The position numbers were made by a program, and so were the translations under genes. The notes below the pieces were generated by a model, which was given only the letters and a program-made list of their open reading frames with translations, was not told where the DNA came from and searched no databases. DNA of 63,304 nucleotides, filler included. It is 6 parts of 6 records of this genome, joined end to end, with 100 filler letters (N's around TTAATTAATTAA, not from the genome) between each part and the next. Parts side by side here need not be neighbours in the genome. Positions count along the whole stretch, not along the records: positions 31,124 to 49,696 come from SRR2962707_969; 5 more parts are not named here. One strand, written 5' to 3'. Below, one piece after another: positions 33,878-42,249 of the stretch (positions within the stretch are counted from its first letter, which is position 1; the number at the start of each line of letters is the position of its first letter).

Positions 33878-35268
33878 TTAGATAGCATATCTCAGACCGA
33901 TCGTAAATGAATCCTTCTCATTCATCTGGATTCCATTGACCTTTTGATAAACAGGTAATCCATAGGATAGGCCGGCTTTAAAATCTCTCAACACCGGACT
34001 TTCACCAAAGGAAAAGTTAAGGGCAATATTAGAGTAAACCTTAGTGAAACCAGTATTTTTTGTGTCAGCGGTTGTCACCATCATCGGATTTAGCATTTCA
34101 TCTCGCCCACTCATTTCCACTTGTTTTTTAGCACTTATCTGTCCTGCCACGCTCATCCAATTGGTGAGATTATAGCCTACCCAGGTATTTAACGCATATT
34201 CATTTCCCCACCTATAACCTTCAGAACTTTCACCTGTACGAATAGTAGCGAGTGGCTGTGCGCCCCAACTTATATCTTCTTCTGAGCCTTTGTAGGTGCC
34301 TCCCAAAGTCAGGTCTACTGTTCCGCTTCCTAGTTGCATGGGATACGGTAGACGCATCCCCTCTCCCATTGGTGTATCACCTTGATTCTTTATGCTTCCC
34401 GTTGGGATGCTCACTCCTGCATTTAGGTGTAGTGAATGTGAAGACTCACTAAACAAACCGTATAAAGCGCTGACTTTCAAATCACCAATACCTTGACTCT
34501 CGGTACTGAAGTTCATACCCATCATCGTGCTCAGGTCCATTTGGTTTCGCTGAAAATTTTGCATCAACATCAATGTCAGCCGATCAGAGGGGGCATACAT
34601 GATTCCAACCATCAGCATATCCATACGCATCGCCTGAGGGGCTACCATGTAGTTTTGAGTACGGTCATGTCATTCACCTCTTCTGAGCCGGAGAGATTTC
34701 CGTCCATTTCCATGGTCATGTATCTGGTTGATACCATAAAGCCACCTTTGTGATGCAGGTGATCTCCCATTATTCCTATGGGCGCATACGCATCCGGCCG
34801 ATTGTGGTGGTGCGTGGGGTGATCCAGAAGACCAAAGCGTGAGTCTTCAAATCGCTTCTTTAATTCTTCCCAGTTGTACAGATCTCCTCCTTTGTTCTTC
34901 TGCACTTTTTCTGCTACTTCCCTGGATTCATAAGCTGAGAGGTAAGCACCCATCGGGCTGGCTATATTCTTACTCTTTAGATAGGTAGCGCTTTTAGCAT
35001 CAATAAGCGAACCGTTCTTTTCATAATCCGCTACCATGAGTTTAGTGAAGCTGCTTTCATCTTCCACCTTTAGGTAGTTAACCAGGCACTCAATGGCGTC
35101 AAACTTTTGTGTATCACCATCCTGGCCTACTGCTATCGCAATAAACTGCTGATCCTTGATGAACATGTTGCAATGTGAGCATGCATCAGTTCCGATTTTG
35201 ATCAAATTCTGAGCAAGGGTTGCTCCTGTCATCACCAATACGGTGATGATAAATAATATCTTTTTCAT
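33878..35268 (-). pseudogene. NosL-domain / His-Met-rich outer-membrane beta-barrel fusion, split by a 1-nt frameshift near 34653-34658 (real lesion or sequencing error)
   Basis: ORF 34642-35268 is signal + NosL (CSHCNM, FDAIECL, SPMG), then HHHNRPDAYAPIGIMGDHLHHKG..., the start of the barrel family whose remainder is ORF 33878-34648 (MYAPSDRLTLM, MQLGSGT, terminal LRYAI). Adding one base in CTCAAAACTAC gives a continuous V-L-(Q/K)-N-Y-M-V-A-P frame of about 463 aa. Confidence 0.75.
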
Positions 35269-35279
35269 GATAATTTATT

Positions 35280-35726
35280 TTAGTTTACCTCAAACTCCGC
35301 CTTTAACCCATTCCAATCCAGGGCGGTCCCGGATACGTTCTGCACAGTCTCGTTTCGCTTATCCTCATTTTCAAATGCCGTAAGGAACTCACCCATTGGA
35401 CTGGGTATGTCCTGCGAAATCAGATATGCGGCTGTTGAAGCATCAGTTAATACACCGGGATTGGCATAATCCGCAACCAGATAGTGTCGAATTTCAGGAT
35501 GCTCCCACTCTTTCAAATCGTTGAGCATGCATTCAATGGCATCATATTTAAATGCTTTTCCGGTTTTGATGACCACCTGCGCAGCATGCTGCTTATCGAC
35601 GATGGTCATTCTGCAAAAGTCACATGCGTCTGCACCATAATTGATGGGCTTTGGACCGTTACTGCATGCAGAAATAAACAACATCAAGCCAGCCGAGATA
35701 AGAGTTATGACAGAATAGTTCTTCAT
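35280..35726 (-). CDS. nosL: NosL copper chaperone lipoprotein
   Basis: Lipobox ISAC; CDFCRMTI, YDAIECM, IPSPMG. Confidence 0.92.
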   Translation of the reverse strand: MKNYSVITLISAGLMLFISACSNGPKPINYGADACDFCRMTIVDKQHAAQVVIKTGKAFKYDAIECMLNDLKEWEHPEIRHYLVADYANPGVLTDASTAAYLISQDIPSPMGEFLTAFENEDKRNETVQNVSGTALDWNGLKAEFEVN

Positions 35727-35734
35727 TCCTTAAT

Positions 35735-36349
35735 CTATTTAATTGCCATCTGTGATTTTCGACCCATATAGTAGGCCACTAATGTAAGGAACATGCCAAT
35801 TCCAAGTAAAATACCTCCTGCCCTCGGATACGAATAGGCATCAAAGTTTAAGAGCTTTTTGTGACCCAGTAGTGGCGGATTATACTGCATCGGTGTACCA
35901 TCCGGGTTAACGAGCTTTAGTATCGCATTGGGATCCAGGTCTGTACCATATGACACCAGCCATAGGTTGAAGTCATATATACCTAATGCTCCAAGTATAG
36001 CCATCAAGGCAAACCATATCAGGAAAAAGACAGGTGATATTCTCTTCGTCATCCCAAGGATACCAATAATAATACCCAGCCCAGCCATTATTCCTACTAC
36101 TTTCGGAAATACGGAAAACTCCCACATATCTTCTGGTTTAGGTAGGGTCTTCATGCCTATGTAGTGATTGAGGCCATCTATATTCTGAATATCAAATTCA
36201 TTCTCACCCTTCAGTCCGTTTACATGAATATCTATTCCCAAAGGGTCAGGATATTGAGGTGCGCCAAGCCGAATATTCCACATGGGGAAAACAAAAAGCC
36301 CCAAGAGCAGAATACTTCCTATGATCATAACAATACCAGCACTTTTCAT
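35735..36349 (-). CDS. nosB: Clade II nos membrane protein NosB
   Basis: Four TM helices with APQYP and LNHYIGM motifs, immediately downstream of clade II nosZ. Confidence 0.8.
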   Translation of the reverse strand: MKSAGIVMIIGSILLLGLFVFPMWNIRLGAPQYPDPLGIDIHVNGLKGENEFDIQNIDGLNHYIGMKTLPKPEDMWEFSVFPKVVGIMAGLGIIIGILGMTKRISPVFFLIWFALMAILGALGIYDFNLWLVSYGTDLDPNAILKLVNPDGTPMQYNPPLLGHKKLLNFDAYSYPRAGGILLGIGMFLTLVAYYMGRKSQMAIK

Positions 36350-36382
36350 TTCCTTAGTATTTTTTTGAAAAAAATGGATTAA

Positions 36383-36417
36383 AGCTGTAAGACTGAATTT
36401 TCATCAGCCTTACAGCT
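36383..36417 (-). terminator. Stem-loop right after the nosZ stop (partial terminator or mRNA-stabilising hairpin)
   Basis: Minus strand AGCTGTAAGGCTGA-7 nt loop-TCAGTCTTACAGCT (14-bp stem with one G-U pair), followed by a U-rich tract. Confidence 0.65.
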
Positions 36418-36424
36418 CTTCAGT

Positions 36425-38392
36425 TTAGATGTCGTCACCGTCCAGCGTATAACTCAACTCAATGTTTGAGTTTGCAGGGGATACTCTTATGTATCCTTGC
36501 ATTTCCTGGTGAAGTGCTGAGCAGAAATCAGTACAATAAAATGGCCATACCCCTACACGTTTAGGCTCCCAAAGTGATGTTTTGGTCTGACCAGGCATTA
36601 CCAGAATTTCCGAAGTGCCCTGTCCAATCATAGAGAAGCCATGAGGTACATCAAAGTCCTGCTCGTGGTTAGTGATATGGAAATACACCCTGTCACCCAC
36701 TTTAATACCTTCTATATTATCAGGTGTGAAGTGACTTCTAATTGTAGACATGTAAATGTGCACGTCTTTTCCATCTCTTTCTACCCTGGCCTCAGCAGGA
36801 TTTTTAATGGCATAAGGGTGATTATTTTCATCTATACGATAGATCTTTTTCGAATTATTAACCAAAAGATCAGCGTTACATCCTGCAGCATAGTGTGGCT
36901 CACCATGTGTAGGGAAATCGTAAAGCAGCTCCATCTTCTCTCCTGAGATATCATAAATCTGTGCAGAGTGCTCCATCTCCGGTCCGGTAGGTAAGTAACG
37001 ATCTTTTGTGATCTTGTTCATTGCCACCAAATACTTGCCATGTGGTTTTCTTGAGTTACCACCAGGAATCATCAGGTGACCCACTGAGTAGTAAGTAGGT
37101 TTTCTATCCACTACCTCCCAGGTTCCCAGTTTCCACTTCACTACTTCTGAAGAAATAAAGAAAGTGGTATACGCATTTCCTCTTCCATCAAACTCAGTAT
37201 GCAATGGGCCTAATCCACCACTCTGTACGCTACCTGCTAAAATGTCGTCATAGTTCAATATTGGGATGCCATACGCCTCACCATCAAATTTCTCTGCATC
37301 AATAGCTGCCAACATTTTATCAAATGAATGAACAGTGATGTTTGCTGAAAGCTTACCTGATCCGATAATATACTCACCATTAGGATCTACATCACATCCG
37401 TGAGGTGATTTTGGTGTTGGAAGGAAATAGACAGCTCCCGGTATATCTGTAGGATTTACAGTAAGTACCTCGTTCTTCATTGTTGAAGTGGCCGTATGTG
37501 TGGATTCATCATACACATTATGCGCATACTTCGCAGGCATTTTTGTGCCTCCACCATTATTCACATATTCCTCAATTTTTTTCCAATTGATTGCGGCAAT
37601 GAAGTCCTTGTCATTCTGAGAGGCATTTACTTCAAGAAGTGAATTTGCTTCCTCCGTATTGTAAGTAGAGAAGAAAAACCAACCATGAGATTTACCTCTA
37701 CCAGGGTGCGATAGATCGTAATTGAAACCAGGCATCAGTATCTGGAATTTAATATCCATATGACCATGTTCAGGATCCACAGCAATAAATGTCAAGGCTC
37801 CTTTGAAATTCGCCTTGTATTCACTGATTGGCATGTCCTTTTGCGGTACAGGAACAGAAAAACGTGTTCCAGCTACTACATACTCCGTATTCTCAGTGAT
37901 GAATGAAGAACTGTGATTGCCGGCACTATTCGGCACCTCTATGATTTCCTCTGTTTCAAATGTTGTCAAACTGATTCTTGCAATACGCGGTGTGTTATTA
38001 CCATTGGCAAAAATCCATCTACCATCCAGTTCACCATTCGTTTGTGAAATATCCGGGTGATGCAGATCATCCCAGGGAATGAAACCAAATGAAGTATTCA
38101 ACATCGGCTTGGTTTCTTCTGAGTACCCGTAACCCGAAGTTGGGAATTGAGAAAAAACAGGTATCTCTTTAAACATTCTCCCAGAAGGAAGACCGTAAAC
38201 AGTTAAGTTTCCGCTGTAGCCCCCCGAGAGAAAGCCATATTGCTCATCTCTCTCACCAGGTGCTACGTAAACTTTTTCAGCAATATTGCTTTGAAGAGCG
38301 CCATTACCTCCGTTATTTCCTGCCTGACCACAAGAAATTAAGAAGGCAACAGCACTAATCATTAAAGCATTTAATAATTTTTTCGTTTTCAT
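36425..38392 (-). CDS. nosZ: Nitrous-oxide reductase, clade II (Sec/lipoprotein signal)
   Basis: No Tat RR motif; lipobox LISC; CuZ His motifs DLHH, GNH, PHG, GPLH, EPH; CuA HGF and CTDFCSALHQEM. Confidence 0.97.
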   Translation of the reverse strand: MKTKKLLNALMISAVAFLISCGQAGNNGGNGALQSNIAEKVYVAPGERDEQYGFLSGGYSGNLTVYGLPSGRMFKEIPVFSQFPTSGYGYSEETKPMLNTSFGFIPWDDLHHPDISQTNGELDGRWIFANGNNTPRIARISLTTFETEEIIEVPNSAGNHSSSFITENTEYVVAGTRFSVPVPQKDMPISEYKANFKGALTFIAVDPEHGHMDIKFQILMPGFNYDLSHPGRGKSHGWFFFSTYNTEEANSLLEVNASQNDKDFIAAINWKKIEEYVNNGGGTKMPAKYAHNVYDESTHTATSTMKNEVLTVNPTDIPGAVYFLPTPKSPHGCDVDPNGEYIIGSGKLSANITVHSFDKMLAAIDAEKFDGEAYGIPILNYDDILAGSVQSGGLGPLHTEFDGRGNAYTTFFISSEVVKWKLGTWEVVDRKPTYYSVGHLMIPGGNSRKPHGKYLVAMNKITKDRYLPTGPEMEHSAQIYDISGEKMELLYDFPTHGEPHYAAGCNADLLVNNSKKIYRIDENNHPYAIKNPAEARVERDGKDVHIYMSTIRSHFTPDNIEGIKVGDRVYFHITNHEQDFDVPHGFSMIGQGTSEILVMPGQTKTSLWEPKRVGVWPFYCTDFCSALHQEMQGYIRVSPANSNIELSYTLDGDDI

Positions 38393-38404
38393 TTTATTGG
38401 TTTT

Positions 38405-38977
38405 TTAAGGTAAAATCACTTTATCTACTACATGGATGATTCCATTTGAAGCCGGTACAGTTCCGACTATTTTGGCTCCTCCAATGCTCACATTGTCTCC
38501 ATCTACTGTTACTTCGAGGTAATCCCCGGTAGCCATGTAAATTTTTCTTCCCTTCTCAGCCTCTCGTTTAAGAGCGTTTAAATCGAATGAACCAGGAGCA
38601 GCATGACGAGTGATTATCGTAGCAAGATCTCCCTTGTTCTCGGGCTTCAAAAGGTTGTCGAGGGTTCCTTCAGGAAGCGCATCGAAAGCCTCATTGACAG
38701 GAGCAAACACGGTAAGAGGCCCGGCATTAACAAGCACATGCTCTATTTGAGCAGCCTGAACCGCTGCAACTAACGTGCTGTGTGGCTCTGAAGAGATCGC
38801 CACCTGCAAAATATTCGGATCTGATACTTCATCCACGACGGATGCTTGACCCATAGGGTGCGATTCTGCAATCGAAGTGGACTCCCCAGAAGAATCAGCT
38901 TCATTCTGAGGAGTACATGACCATATAAGTGCAGATAGCACCAATAGGGTCAAAGAGTTTAAAATTTTATCTTTCAT
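38405..38977 (-). CDS. Fasciclin (FAS1) domain lipoprotein
   Basis: Lipobox IWSC; GPLTVFAPVNEAF and ASNGIIHVVDKVILP. Confidence 0.92.
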   Translation of the reverse strand: MKDKILNSLTLLVLSALIWSCTPQNEADSSGESTSIAESHPMGQASVVDEVSDPNILQVAISSEPHSTLVAAVQAAQIEHVLVNAGPLTVFAPVNEAFDALPEGTLDNLLKPENKGDLATIITRHAAPGSFDLNALKREAEKGRKIYMATGDYLEVTVDGDNVSIGGAKIVGTVPASNGIIHVVDKVILP

Positions 38978-38995
38978 AGTATTAATAGGTTTGGT

Positions 38996-39487
38996 TTATA
39001 AGGTTCTGAAGTATTCCAAAATATCACGAGCCTGTTCAACAGTCATATTTTGGTTAGCCATGGCAGCTCCGTTGAACTCAACCAGAAGATCCTTGGCACA
39101 TCGATCCTGCTCAACCATTAATTGAGGATCCAGAATCATATTCATTATCCATTCCGGACTTCTTCGTTCCATGATTCCTTTTGGAGAAGGACCAATAAAG
39201 CGTTTGTCTACCTTATGGCAGGCGCTACAGTTCGTATCGAAAAGTGCTTTACCTCTCGCTACCATTTCCTGATCAATCGTCTCTGGAAGTGGCAAATCCT
39301 TAATTTCTCCTACTCCTTTATTATCGAGCGTGATACGCTCACTTGCAGGGACATTACTCTCTGCTTCTGTAGTTTCCATTTTAGATTGCTCCTTGATCTG
39401 ATCAATTTTGCTTTTTCCGCCTCCCCCACCACAAGCTGTGATGATAAAAAGAGCGGCTATTAATGTGATTGATAATACTCTGTTCAT
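38996..39487 (-). CDS. Monoheme c-type cytochrome lipoprotein (first gene of the nos operon)
   Basis: Lipobox ITAC; CSACH; RRSPEWIMNMILDP; distal Met in AMANQ. Confidence 0.9.
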   Translation of the reverse strand: MNRVLSITLIAALFIITACGGGGGKSKIDQIKEQSKMETTEAESNVPASERITLDNKGVGEIKDLPLPETIDQEMVARGKALFDTNCSACHKVDKRFIGPSPKGIMERRSPEWIMNMILDPQLMVEQDRCAKDLLVEFNGAAMANQNMTVEQARDILEYFRTL

Positions 39488-39508
39488 GACATTTACTATT
39501 TAATGGTT

Positions 39509-39574
39509 CAAAGTTTTAAAGAATTGGATGTCTGAAATATGATGTTCTTCATCCCTGATTATGATTTATGTTAA
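39509..39574 (-). promoter_or_regulatory. nos operon promoter region: -7-like element (AAACTTTG) and two ATGA-N6-TCAT-like Crp/Fnr-type sites
   Basis: -7-like box at 39509-39516; ATGA-TGTTCT-TCAT at 39539-39552; ATGA-TTTATG-TTAA at 39561-39574. Confidence 0.5.
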
Positions 39575-39584
39575 TATATAAGAT

Positions 39585-39606
39585 TAAAAGATCATTTTAT
39601 CCTTTA
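39585..39606. promoter_or_regulatory. Palindromic operator TAAARGAY-N6-ATCYTTTA (candidate Rrf2 site) upstream of the nos operon
   Basis: TAAAAGAT-CATTTT-ATCCTTTA; a near-identical copy lies upstream of the rrf2 gene. Confidence 0.6.
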
Positions 39607-39617
39607 TTAATTTAAAA

Positions 39618-40034
39618 CTAGGTGATATCCATTCCCCTGATGATCAATTCCGGATCTCTTATTTCCGTGGAAAGCAGGGTTACGTTCAATTGATCCCTTA
39701 TTTCTATAAACTTGAAATGCACCGGACAAGGATTCTTTCCTGAGCATGTTTCGAATCCCAACACACAGTCTTCCATGAGTTTGTTACCATCAATGGCTCT
39801 CACAATATCCACTAGTTTTATTTTCTTATCCTTTAATTCAAATCCTCCAGTTGGGCCTTTGTAAGAAATCAGTAAATCACTCTTTACCAATTGTTGCAAA
39901 ATTTTAGCTGAGAAAGCCTCCGGGGACTTAATAGCTTCAGATATCTCCTTCACGCCTGTTCTTCTTCCCTCCTGCTCATTGCCGGCAATGTAAATCATGA
40001 TTTTAATGGCATACTCACAAGCTCTGGAAAACAT
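39618..40034 (-). CDS. Rrf2-family transcriptional regulator (Fe-S type)
   Basis: MFSRACEYAIK, KILQQL, SYKGPTGGF, and C-terminal CVLG-x3-C-x4-PCPVH. Confidence 0.93.
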   Translation of the reverse strand: MFSRACEYAIKIMIYIAGNEQEGRRTGVKEISEAIKSPEAFSAKILQQLVKSDLLISYKGPTGGFELKDKKIKLVDIVRAIDGNKLMEDCVLGFETCSGKNPCPVHFKFIEIRDQLNVTLLSTEIRDPELIIRGMDIT

Positions 40035-40049
40035 CTATTGCTTTTGAAG

Positions 40050-40092
40050 CAAAGGTATAGGATAGAATAATAAAGGACAAGCTTATCTTTTA
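40050..40092 (-). promoter_or_regulatory. rrf2 promoter: Bacteroidota -7 box TACCTTTG plus palindromic operator
   Basis: TAnnTTTG match at 40050-40057 (minus strand); TAAAGGAC-AAGCTT-ATCTTTTA at 40071-40092, over the expected -33 region. Confidence 0.62.
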
Positions 40093-40185
40093 TTTTTAGA
40101 ATTATTTAATTAAGTATTTACACTCAGTAAAAAATCACGATTTATTACCTCTTACTTATAAAGATATGTGACGTTAATTTATACT

Positions 40186-40752
40186 ATGCGGTTAACGATC
40201 CTATCTATTCTTATCCTATTGGCTTCCATAAAACTTTATGGAAATAGAGGCTTTGAGCCATATACGGTTGAGAAAAAAATTCTGATCCTATCCATCCATC
40301 TGGATGCTGAGATGATGAATCTCTCCAGGTATAAAAACCTTAAAGCCTTTTGCAGTGATGTCAGCTACCGGCAAGCCATCCTCGGGCTATTGGATCAAAT
40401 CCACGAATATCATGACATGCTGGAAAAGGAACTGCAGATTACAACCTACAATCATTCTAAAAGAACAATCAGCCGGATCTTACAGCATATGGATCACCTG
40501 GACAAGAAATTCAATCCGGATGATTTCACAAACTTCTTTAAAGAACAGTGCTCCATACAATCAACTATAGAGAAGTACTCAGATCACTATAAAGCAGGGT
40601 TCGCCAGCCACTCCTACGGCAGTAAAGTATATGCGCAAGAGGTGGTCATGTACCGATACCTTAAACGATTAACAAAAAGAGTAAAGCGGATTAAAAAACA
40701 TGTGGAGCACTTCTACATAAGAAGGAAAGTGTGGGAGCATGAGGACTTTTAA
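40186..40752 (+). CDS. Hypothetical exported protein
   Basis: Signal-peptide-like N-terminus (MRLTILSILILLAS); first of four co-oriented genes; no family recognised. Confidence 0.6.
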   Translation: MRLTILSILILLASIKLYGNRGFEPYTVEKKILILSIHLDAEMMNLSRYKNLKAFCSDVSYRQAILGLLDQIHEYHDMLEKELQITTYNHSKRTISRILQHMDHLDKKFNPDDFTNFFKEQCSIQSTIEKYSDHYKAGFASHSYGSKVYAQEVVMYRYLKRLTKRVKRIKKHVEHFYIRRKVWEHEDF

Positions 40753-40768
40753 CTAAACAATAAGAAAA

Positions 40769-40957
40769 ATGAAAAGCACAGCTAAAATCAAAAACACCAT
40801 GACCATGCTGCAATACTGCAAGCTGCTACTTAGCAAGATCAGTTTCAGCGATGAGTTGCTTAAAAAAGAATATCAAAAAGGGCTCAAATATCTAAATCCT
40901 AAAGATCAGGAAGAGCTAAAGCAGTGGCTTCTAATGAAGGGGAAAGTAATTGAATAA
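40769..40957 (+). CDS. Small hypothetical protein
   Basis: 62-aa ORF tightly packed in the operon (MLQYCKLLLSKISFS...ELKQW); start could be an internal ATG. Confidence 0.6.
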   Translation: MKSTAKIKNTMTMLQYCKLLLSKISFSDELLKKEYQKGLKYLNPKDQEELKQWLLMKGKVIE

Positions 40958-40968
40958 ATACCAAAGAT

Positions 40969-41613
40969 ATGAGATGGAAATACATTCTAAACAAGAAAAG
41001 GAACGAGACGATGATCCTGTTCTCTGTTCTGTTAATGATTGTCATGATTGGTTACATGCATAAAAAGAACCTATCGGACATGGAAGAAACCGTAACTTCA
41101 ATTTATGAAGATCGACTTGTAGCTAATGATTACATTTTCGAATTATCACAAAAAATAGCAGGCAAAAAATGGCTCATGAGTAATGATCAGAACAATGAAG
41201 AGCTTACGAAACTAAATCATGAAATAAACATATTGATTGATGCATATGAGCAAACAAAACTTACCGTGGAGGAGAACTCATTATGGGACAAACTGAAAAA
41301 GGATTTAGCTCTTGCCAAAGAATTTGAAAATCAAATTCTTTATAATCCCAACTCAAATCAATGGTCTCAAATCCAACGTCACCTCGATAATCAGTACCAA
41401 TTGATTCACACTGATTTAGAAGGGCTTTCAGTCATTCAAATTCAGGAGGGAAAAAGTCTGTTGGATGACTCACGGAAAATTATGGCTTCAAATAGCATCA
41501 GTAGTCGTCTGGAGGTCGCTCTTATTATAATTGTATTGCTTATCTTTCTGATGTTCAATTCAACCGATAGATTGGTTAGAATTAAGAACAAATGGCATAG
41601 TTCGTATAATTAA
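40969..41613 (+). CDS. MCP-type four-helix-bundle sensor-domain membrane protein
   Basis: TM - SIYEDRLVA...YEQTKLTVEE - TM, with no cytoplasmic signalling domain. Confidence 0.78.
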   Translation: MRWKYILNKKRNETMILFSVLLMIVMIGYMHKKNLSDMEETVTSIYEDRLVANDYIFELSQKIAGKKWLMSNDQNNEELTKLNHEINILIDAYEQTKLTVEENSLWDKLKKDLALAKEFENQILYNPNSNQWSQIQRHLDNQYQLIHTDLEGLSVIQIQEGKSLLDDSRKIMASNSISSRLEVALIIIVLLIFLMFNSTDRLVRIKNKWHSSYN

Positions 41614-41620
41614 TTAATAC

Positions 41621-42244
41621 ATGCGTTGGAAACTCAGTTTTGCACAAAGAATAAGAGCAGGTGCTGCCCTTGCAGTCGTTTTTCTATTGATTATTGCTAC
41701 TAATCTGATCGATAAGAATCACTTTCGAATTGTAAAGGAAAACCTTACCACTGTTTATGAAGACAGGCTTTTAGCTAAAAACTACCTGTATCAAATATCA
41801 AGGCATGTCCAGCAAAAGAAAGAAGTCCTTCAAAGTGCAGACAATGATGAATCAGGAGAGCTTCACCTGGCAATAAATGATTCCATTGGAATGTTTATGG
41901 ACAAGTTCGCTTCTACCAAGCTAACTGAGAGAGAGTCTCTTCGCTTCGAATCACTTCAAAAAAATATACAAGCACTGAAAAAGTTTGAGAACACTAGTGT
42001 TACCAATGAATCCATAACCCCTGAGGCACCTATCCCAACAAACAGCGAGCAATACTTCGAGGCTGTTTTTCAGGATTTGGATGCATTATTCAAAATTCAA
42101 TTAGAAGAAGGAAGTCGAGTGATCAGTAGTTCTAATCAAACAATACAATCAAGCGATCTCATCACCAAATTGGAAATTGGTGCTTTGATCGTCATCGGCT
42201 TTCTTATACAACTTTTAATCTTTCTGAAACCGATAAAGTCGTAA
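41621..42244 (+). CDS. MCP-type four-helix-bundle sensor-domain membrane protein (paralogue of upstream gene)
   Basis: TM - TVYEDRLLA...FASTKLTERE...IQLEEG - TM. Confidence 0.78.
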   Translation: MRWKLSFAQRIRAGAALAVVFLLIIATNLIDKNHFRIVKENLTTVYEDRLLAKNYLYQISRHVQQKKEVLQSADNDESGELHLAINDSIGMFMDKFASTKLTERESLRFESLQKNIQALKKFENTSVTNESITPEAPIPTNSEQYFEAVFQDLDALFKIQLEEGSRVISSSNQTIQSSDLITKLEIGALIVIGFLIQLLIFLKPIKS

Positions 42245-42249
42245 GGCAA

